A stretch of 55,084 bases of DNA, counting the filler, from Sphacelaria rigidula (Eukaryota), in the NCBI GenBank assembly GCA_964200075.2. It is 6 parts of 6 records of this genome, joined end to end, with 100 filler letters (N's around TTAATTAATTAA, not from the genome) between each part and the next. Parts side by side here need not be neighbours in the genome. Positions count along the whole stretch, not along the records: positions 45,989 to 55,084 come from CAXNAA020009310.1; 5 more parts are not named here. One strand, given 5' to 3'. Below are positions 47,056 to 55,084 of the stretch, one piece after another. Under the pieces are notes generated by a model, which was not told the DNA's origin, searched no databases, and was given only the letters and a program-made list of their open reading frames with translations. How positions within the stretch are numbered: the first letter of the stretch is position 1; the number at the start of each line of letters is the position of its first letter. A program made the translations under genes and the position numbers.

Positions 47056-50000
47056 CTGATCTCCGAGCGCGGCGAGGGCCTCCTCGATGTTCGTAGCGTC
47101 CACATAGTTGCACGATAAGGCGACCGTATCCGTAAGGTTCTCCACGCGATGAGGGCTGGCTGCTGGAACGAACAAAAGGTCGCCTGTTCGCAGAAAGAGC
47201 CGGCCAAACACGTGATGGGACGGACGTCAAAAGGGCATGATGGGCTCGCTGGTGCATGCTCTCGGGCGACAGAAAGAACTACAAACGACACCTCACGTTC
47301 GCACGCACAACGATACAAGTGGACGCTCTCAACACTTTTCTGGGTTCGTGACATATGTCTAGAAGCGACGTGTAGTTAGTTACTTGTGCGAGGCTGGCTC
47401 ACAACGCACCAGCTTCCAACACGCACTCGTATCCTGTTGCGAGGAGCGCTGCGGGGTGTGCCTGTTCGTTCGGCTGTTCTAGATCTGCTTCGAAAATGGG
47501 GTCGTGGCAGCCCTCTGGCCAGACAGGATACAGCAGGGGTGTATCCTTCTTCGGATACAGTACCCATCGCTTCTTCCCCTCCAGCAGTCCCATCCAAAAG
47601 TGCGACCTGCAGCGTATTCGAAGTGATTCATCACCCAAGAGATCATACAGAAGGAGGAAGGTACATTGAGATAAGCTCGCGGAACGTTCCGAGGGGATTT
47701 CATCGATCTACAGCTGCGGCAAATCCACTACCGAAATATTTTCCTAAGCTTCTTCACTCGGGGGTACCGTATGTGCTGTACACGAACGAGAACTCATCGT
47801 CGTTACGCCGGTGAGCCGCGACGACCAATCCCTGCGCCACATCATCAGGATTGCCATCCGGGAAACGATTGGACGACGACAGGTACAAGCCAGTGCGGCG
47901 CGCAGTGACAGTGGGATGCGGAGTCGTTTCAAGATCGCATATTGCCATACCCATTTTGGTAGGAGTTGAATGTGGTGCTTGGGCAATTGCAATGCTTCAC
48001 CCATCTCCCCTGACAACTTAGCACGGGAAATGTGAGGGTTCGGGTGCTCCGAGGATGACATCGAGCAGGTCAGCACTAGCTATTGAAAAAAGTAAAGCGA
48101 GAGTATCCGGTGTCAAGTCCAAGCGCACATGTGCTCACCCGAAAGAGTCGATGTGGGTGTCGCTTTTCGAGCCCTCGGGACCCACGAACAGGCTCGGCCA
48201 GCTGAGAGATGACAGATGGGAAACAAACAAAACGGATATGCGGCGCTCTTTTCGAGGAGAAGAGTTTTGACTGACCGTATACACACGCCCTCGCGTCTAG
48301 TAGACATAGCATTGACGTCGCAGAAGTTGTCCCACAATTCCAGTCTTCGTTTTATAGTACAGTAGCTGACATCGTCAGACCGAGCAGTTTCAATTGCAAG
48401 GCTTGGTAGTTCTTCTCCTGATGGTGCATACCTGTCCGTGTAAGGCAAGCCCCTCCCAGCCACCCTTTGCAGCATATCCCCCGCGAAGTATCTCGGGACC
48501 TGTGATTTTGAGGCGGATCGGGGGCCACGAAGAACATATCGTGCACAGCGATCTAGGGTTTGAGGCGCGTGCACATCAAGCCAGCATTGGCGTGCTAATC
48601 CCAGCTTGGCGTTCCTGATGCGTACTTGCAAAAAATGCTATACGCACAGATCCTCCATCACAAGGCGTGCCTGATACTGTCCTCTATAACAAACATTGAG
48701 GGAAACGACTACAAGTCATGGATTCGGTTGGACAACACGAAGCTTACAGAAACGTTGGCAATCGATACAAGTCGAATGATCTGCATGGCGTTTTTTTGCC
48801 TTGGTGTGAGGGAAGCAGCACCTGGAATGTTCCCCTCAGGAGATCGCAATCGGCCCCCACGTTCTGCGGCAGAGACCAGTCATGCAAATACAGCGGTGGC
48901 CCGGCTTGACCGCTGCCTGTGTCACATTTGCTCGATCTGTGACCGGTGGGTAGGCCATCGATACTGCCCGGTGGGGAGCTCGTATCGTTGCCCGCGGCTT
49001 CCTCGTCCTTATCGAGTAGTTGGGATAGTGGTACACACCCCGCATCTTCTAGCCGTGCCCAGCTCACAGAGTTGGCTACCCAACGACGCACAGGTACCAT
49101 CTGCAAGCGGATACAGATCACGTGAAGTTTGGCTGGTAGAAAGAATTGTTTGGCGTCCAGAGTCGAGGCAACTGCGTAGGAACGTAGTATTAGGCACGCG
49201 GGATCAATTGAGAAGGTAGGAGCGATCGAGTACAAATGCTCCAGGGAAAACCCGGGCGTAACGATGCGATGCCACCCTCTGCAATATAGCGATCAGGCAC
49301 CTGAGCGTAATGATGGACTATTACGCTGTGGGAAATATCCACACGTGATGCTTTCTACGATAGCCCCCCTAAAAAAAGTGCCTGGTTGGGGGAGGCAAAA
49401 TCTTTATGTGAATCGAAAATGAGAGAAGTCAAGCACAACGGGCAGCTGGGATTTCCCCCGCTTGGGTTCGTTCTCGGCAATGTCGCGCATATGAGGTGCT
49501 TCATGCAGCCTGAACCCAAACATCAGGCGCTGCATGTCCATTGTTTTCGTGACACTATTGGGCTCGTTTTGTTTTTTTTTGGGGGGGGGGCTATCGTAGA
49601 AAGTGTCACGTCGAACGGCTCATGAGCTACCTAAAACAGCTCATCGAAGAGGACTCTCAGATCGTTTGTCCAAAAACGCGAAATAGGTGACAGCAGCGTC
49701 CGAGAAGCCATTGCGCTACCTTGGCGCTACTCCGCGTGCTCGGGGTCCAGCGCTGCAGGGAGAAAATATGGAAAAAAGGATCAAATCAGCCAGCTCATGA
49801 TCCGGATCATCACACGAATAAGAAGTAATATTCCAAGGGTCGGACGAATCAATGATTCGTCTGGAAATTACTTGGTTTCAGTGTAATTGATTCGAGTTGT
49901 ACGAATCAATCCCTGGGCTTTGTTTTCAGCGTTGCAACCCAGGTACACGCAGCCCAGACACGTGGAATGACGCACAAGTTGCGTGGATACCCCTTGACCA

Positions 50001-51437
50001 GCGGTTAACTTTTTCCTCCCTTTCGGGCGAACAGGCCAAAGAAATCGTGGATTTGGTGATTCGAACCCGTGATGATTCGTCCTAACCATTTAATATTCCG
50101 GTAGCTCATGAGCTGTCCGACGCGTGGAAACATCGTCTCTCTCAAGTCACCAGTACGTTTGACCCAGGCACCAGTACGTTGACCCAGCCACCTACAACGC
50201 TTTCTCGCTTCGCCAGAAATATGAGCTGCTCGACTCGGTATTATTTTGCGTAGAATTGACCACTGCGACATGTCACGTACGCTATCGGCCTCTGCGAGCA
50301 GGGGATTTAACTTCAATTACTGCAACGAAGGCAACGTCCACGAGGAACGACCTGCAGCATTTTCGAAAATGAATGCGAGTTGTGCGTTCACTACGATCAA
50401 CATGTCGCAGTTCCCACCGACAATGTCTCACCGCGCCGAAGCACCGCGCCAACAAAACACTTCTAACTTGAAATTCGGGAATTTCACGTCTGCCAACATG
50501 TTCCCACCGGGGAGTTTGTTGTCGACAAATGGCATCTTGTCATCTTCCACAACGGTTCTAGACGTTTGAGTGATTTCCATTTTGATCCTCACGCGGTGAA
50601 GTGCCAAGGCCAGAGAGTAGAGTCAAATGCGACCGTACCTTCGGCCCGATGGCCTCCTTCAATCTCTTTCTATTCCAAGGTAGCCCCCCTTTGAAGCACA
50701 GGTCAACACCCCCACGGATGACCACCGGACGACCAGGTAAGGCATACCCTTCAATGAACTCCTCGTAGCTTAAAGAGGATACCGTTCTGCGACACAAAGT
50801 CGGGGATGGGGGCATGCAAGTTTTATCAGGCGTGTTGGATTGTTGGATCGGAGGCGTTGGCGGCGTTCTGTTCTCCAGCGGGGCATCCCCATGCCCTCGC
50901 AGCATTGTCCTGGCACGCAGGACATATTTGTGCGATGTCGAGAGAACATGTATTCTACAAGGGATATAAAGTGGACGTAAAAAAAACGAGCGGTGGCCTG
51001 AGTATGAGATTCCCTACCTTCTGTCTATCTCCTTGAACTTCGGGTGAAGCGAGACTGCAGAACTCGGCGAAATTGCTCCCAACCCTACTGCACACCCTGA
51101 CGATCGACTTCGTGCCACACGATGCCGCTCTTCCGGGGAAAGGTCACTCTCTTTCTCGTCCCTCGATCGTTTTCTTTGTCCGCTGAATACTGCCTCCGTA
51201 TCAACGTGATCGGTCGGTGTTGGCGTAGAATCTGCAGCCGCCCCATCATTCCCCCGCGGGCCCGGTGACACAGACACGGTGTGGAGCATTTCACGTCTGG
51301 TCTCTCGAAAGGCCAGCAAAGCCTTTCGCCTCTGCCGAAATGAATCCACAGCCTTTGCCAAGCGCGCCCGTTCGCTTTTGGCCCACCCGTTTGAATCTTT
51401 TCGAGTCTTGTCGATCGAGGGGTCGCTGGAGGTGTGC
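47056..51437 (-). CDS. JmjC-domain 2OG-Fe(II) oxygenase (JMJD6/JMJD4-like). Exons 51437-51018, 50909-50639, 49100-48822, 48499-48432, 48201-48139, 47606-47410, 47183-47056; first and last exons not located
   Basis: All six GT-AG introns join in phase (2,0,0,2,2,1). Motifs: LSYEEFIEGYALPGRPVVIRG, LYLHDWSL, WPSLFVGPEGSKSDTHIDSFG (HxD), GKKRWVLYP, AGDLLFVPAASPHRVENL (distal H), VALSCNYVD. Confidence 0.93.
49343..49611. mobile_element. MITE (~270 bp) in a JmjC intron
   Basis: ~27-bp TIR ACGTGATGCTTTCTACGATAGCCCCCC / GGGGGGCTATCGTAGAAAGTGTCACGT, extended by A and T runs. Confidence 0.8.
49834..50090 (+). mobile_element. hAT-type MITE (257 bp) in a JmjC intron
   Basis: Perfect 8-bp TSD TAATATTC at 49826-49833 and 50091-50098. 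Confidence 0.92.
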
Positions 51438-51609
51438 CTTCAGTGGCAATCAAGAGGGCCAGGGAGGATGAGACGCCAGGAATATTAAGTTCTGTGCGAA
51501 AGGAATGAGCTCTGGTTCAGCGACTGCATGTACTGCTACGATGAAGCTGACGGATGCTCAGGTGTTTCACGGTGGATATTTCGCTGCAGTTTGCTGTTTT
51601 TGTTGTGCT

Positions 51610-52043
51610 GCCAGTGCAGCATCTACCAAAAGAAAATCGCCGTGTCTTATCGAGACGGATGGAAGTGGCTCGCTGGAACAGTTTGCAAACAGATCTGTGA
51701 TCCAGAAAAAACGTTCAAGGGCAGGTATACTGAATTGCGGGGGATTGTAAACGTCGTACATAAAATACACAAATTGGGGGTAGGGTTTTAGGGATCGCTT
51801 TCCAGTTATTTTTTGGGTACGACTCTTAACTCTCTACCCTAATTTGAGCACCCCAAGTACGTCTTTCAAAGTACCCCGCAATTGAGTATACTCTACTCGA
51901 CCTGCCCTCGAAAACGTTCGAGTCTTTCCGAAAACTGTGACGCCAGTGCAGCATCTCCCACGAGTTTCGCCGCGTCTTGTCCGGACGGATGAAAACTGCT
52001 CGTTGAAACAGTGTGCAAACAGATCTGTGCTCACGAAGAACAG
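51610..52043. repeat. Diverged ~100-bp direct repeat (51610-51715; 51942-52043)
   Basis: Both copies share GCCAGTGCAGCATCT...TCGCCG.GTCTT...GACGGATG...TGCAAACAGATCTGTG. Confidence 0.8.
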
Positions 52044-52249
52044 TTTGGGTCTTTCCGGAATCACATTCTCGCCTAAATCCAGGTCAGATCCACGCCCAGA
52101 TTGAAAAATGCGGCGGATTTCCCAGTGGTCGTTGGTACCACATCTTCTGATACAAAAACGACGCGGCAAGAAAACACAATGTCCACCCACCGAGTACCGA
52201 GGATACACGCGCAGGCACCCACCACTTACGCGCATGAGCCCCAGCGCTA

Positions 52250-53400
52250 GGTCTTGCTCATCTACGCTTAGTCTTTTTGTTCGAAGGAAATACGTCTAGG
52301 ATTGGAAGAAGGGCAGCTGCGTGCATCTCATGCTACAATCAAAAACCTGCCGGTGCTGACTCTTTATCGTTGCCGTTTTTGGCGCGCTGATGACAGACAC
52401 GAGGTCACAGGACTCACTAAAGATTGGGCAGATTTGACCAAAGTCAAGCACAACGTGCTCAGTCGATCCGAAACTACGACTTGAGCTGTACGTTGAGGTG
52501 CCGCGGGCGCAGCGGGACTTCGAGGCTCCATGCGTGGTTGTTCGACTGTGTCGCACCTTTGCGTGTGCCCTTGCGGCTGGCACGTTACTGTTATCCTTCG
52601 ACCAAATGAATCGTCTGTTCACGATAATCGATTTCAACAACTCGTTAAAGACTTTCCGAAATCGGTGCGCGCAGACATATCCTCAGGTGATCTTTGAAAG
52701 TGTTCATCGCATCGATCGATCGTAGTGCGTACAAGGCAAACGGATTTCCCTGTCTCAGGGAGGCCGACCCCCGCGCGCCCTTCGTCAGACTCAGGTTCCC
52801 TTCGCAGAAAGTTTGACGAGGTGTTACGAACCCCACATGTACTAGTCCGCGAAAGCCGCACCTTGGCATTCGCTGTAGAGCGCTGTCCATCTCTCGCAAA
52901 GCCTCCTCTAGGTGGTCGTCGCCAAGCTTTTCGAGGTACATGGCTGGCCCACAGGCGAGAGGTTGGGCAGCGAAACACGAAGACTGAACGATGAATTTTG
53001 CAGTGACGGCGATTTATTATCCATTTTTCACGTGGCTCAAGATGGCGTCACGCTGCAGTTACCCCTGGAACACGGACAACGTCAGATGTCATCAACCAAG
53101 CAACCGTCACCGAAGCCTATCCAGAACCCTGCCCATGATATAAGCGTCAGTTCAGCCTAACCAGAACCCTGCCCATGAACGGTTCTATTTGGATCGGGAC
53201 ATAAGGTTCGAACCCTTGAAGGCTGAAGGCTTTCACGCCTTCTTCGACACAACCAGGTATTATACCGTTGCGACTCCTGCAGCCGATACTCACCGAGCAA
53301 AAACCGCGTCTGTGGATCGTTGTTGACCCGAAGTTCGCCGCGAAGGGCTCTACACCTGTCACGGATGAAGGCCGCCCCATCTTCAGTCCTGCGCATCGAA
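52250..53400 (-). pseudogene. Decayed EsV-1-7-like Cys/His repeat gene
   Basis: Fragments across frameshifts: AANFGSTTIHRRGFCS, GCVEEG, CSRGNCSVTPS..RRHCKIH, QTFCEG, RCARGT..SFG, CSMRCTQLPFF. These fit the CxxxGC...SFG...FCxxH repeat. Confidence 0.45.
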
Positions 53401-53453
53401 AGAAAAACAGTACAGGAAACAGTGGAGAACGAGTGGTGAACCCCGCAATACGT

Positions 53454-53915
53454 GATTCAACTCATGTAACTCATTTCAACACGCGATTCGTACGAAAATT
53501 GTAGTTCACACAGGTTTTGAGTTCTTGTGTCGTGCAGTACACCTCCAACCATACCTGTTTCCTACCTTCAGGTTATAGAGGGTGGATCATGGACACATAC
53601 TAATCCCCTGTAAAAAATGCGGAATGAATCGACTGTACATGCTACCCACACTTACCATGAGGCGTGGATGGCATGTACATCTATGCCATGCGTATGATTC
53701 CGTGCGGGACGAACAGTCGGCACATGGTTGAATCCTGTCATGACATGGGCCTTGCATCAATCGTACATCTCTCCCAATCTATATGCGGTTGAGATGACTG
53801 TACTGCATATGTTATTCACCGCCGGGTGCATGCGGGATGAACAGTTGAACACACGTTGACTCCTGCCATGTCATGAGGAGTTAACTCGTATAAACCGTGA
53901 TTTGTCCCAACCGTG
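53454..53915 (+). mobile_element. Left-truncated hAT-type non-autonomous element
   Basis: Right end GATTTGTCCCAACCGTG; subterminal homology to 36444-36510; internal ~45-bp repeats. Confidence 0.55.
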
Positions 53916-54399
53916 AACGAGGGGAGAACGAGTGGTGAACCCCGCAATACGTTTAGTTCGGCGCCTGTTGTCTTGACGTTGATGCCGACCCAGCCCTCCT
54001 TCCGTGATGGCAGGCGTCCTCACAGGGTAGAGGGAGTCATCGCTCTCACTACCGGATTCCAGAAAACAATGGAGGATGCGAGACTCGGCCCTTCGTCTGA
54101 CTTCACCCAGGAGCGAGCGAGGCTGGAGTAGGGTGAACACAGAGGTAGAAATTGTTTATCCCTACCCACACTGACACAAACCCGCCACTCTTGCCAGAGA
54201 GAAGAATAAAGTGACTGAAGGGAGAAACAGTCATATTCCTAGAACGATTATTTCGGCTCTCCCGCGCCTTTCCCGGTGTCGACACACCACCGAGGCGTGG
54301 AAACACTAAAACGCCTCTGTCCACAAGGTGGGAACACTGCAGCACACTCTCTTCATTGCGCGTTGTTCCGTCATGGGTGGAACGGAACAAACCCTCCTG

Positions 54400-54900
54400 C
54401 CACCCTTGAGTCCTCAACCAAACGTTCGAAATATCTTCATTACATCGCGGTGGCATGAAACAATGTTTTCGCGAGATTGAGAGTAGGGGATACGACTGAG
54501 AGTGAAAAGCGGTCAATCCGTGAATGAGTCGTTTCGGTTCCGAAATGCCGCTCCACGAGGCCCGATATTCTCTCTGTGTCAGCTTGCCACTCAGGCGCTT
54601 GATATCCCCGAGTAGGATATCGACGTGTAGCTGTGAGCACACAGCAGTGATAGAGGCAAAGAAGAGCACACACGGGATGAAAAATCGGCGAAGGTGAAGC
54701 GAATGATCAAAACCACTCTCAATCCGCGCTCTATTCTCAATCTCACGAAAACGTTGTTAAAAGCCGTGCCCGAACTGATCAGCTGGATTACCAGAATGTT
54801 GCCGTGCATCCATGTGCACTATGGTAGTAGCGCCCCTGGTGCCTACCGTCGCAACGCTCACGGCCTTACATACTCTTCAAGGGCCCCATTCCGTACTCCT
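54400..54900 (-). pseudogene. Protein kinase remnant (subdomains VIb-VIII)
   Basis: IVHMD/HGNILV, QLI..GTAF, |GTGAGA intron, then TRGYQAPEW, in kinase order. Frameshifted. Confidence 0.4.
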
Positions 54901-55084
54901 GTACCGAAAAACAACGACACTACACTCATCTTGAGTAACCGTGTGTAACACCCCCGTAGCCTCGGGCGCGTCCATGCACGTGGCATCCACTCCACGATTC
55001 GAAAAAAAATGTATACGAATGACTAATGCCGAGATAGACCCCCCCACAAAAAGTGCACCGGCACCATCCAACGAACCGGCTGCG

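Noticed and set aside
32581-51437. SET + JmjC chromatin writer/eraser cluster
   Set aside because: The genes are on different contigs joined by artificial linkers.
54560-54640. CACTA/Plavaka-like transposase motif LHVDILLGDIK
   Set aside because: Another frame gives TRGYQAPEW following kinase VIb/VII-like motifs, which is a more coherent reading.

Overview
Eukaryotic, intron-rich, TE-dense DNA, most likely a brown alga (inferred from splice style, EsV-1-7-like repeats and an adhesin-like exon). The window is not one locus. Six unplaced contigs (9098, 9098, 9098, 9098, 9096, 9096 bp) are joined by artificial N44-TTAATTAATTAA-N44 linkers, so adjacency across linkers means nothing. Contig 1 is a minus-strand tyrosine-recombinase (DIRS-order) retroelement: an apparently spliced gag with RGG tract and zinc knuckles, an RT/RNase H/MT pol, and a decayed YR of atypical type. 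Contig 2 holds one host exon plus decayed Penelope-like, Copia and RTE elements. Contig 3 holds three GCN2 exons, a tandem array of splice-acceptor-like 60-mers and a LINE with a C-rich tail. Contig 4 holds a decayed SET-like gene convergent with a decayed Ulp1-like protease. Contig 5 holds tRNA-derived SINEs and a sulfotransferase-like terminal exon. Contig 6 holds a 7-exon JmjC gene with consistent splice phases, EsV-1-7-like and kinase remnants. A ~255-bp hAT-type MITE with 8-bp TSDs recurs in four contigs. Best novelty candidates: the intron-bearing YR retroelement with a non-canonical recombinase, the SET+Ulp1 pair, and the poly(C)-tailed LINE. All domain calls are by-eye motif recognition; no database search was run.
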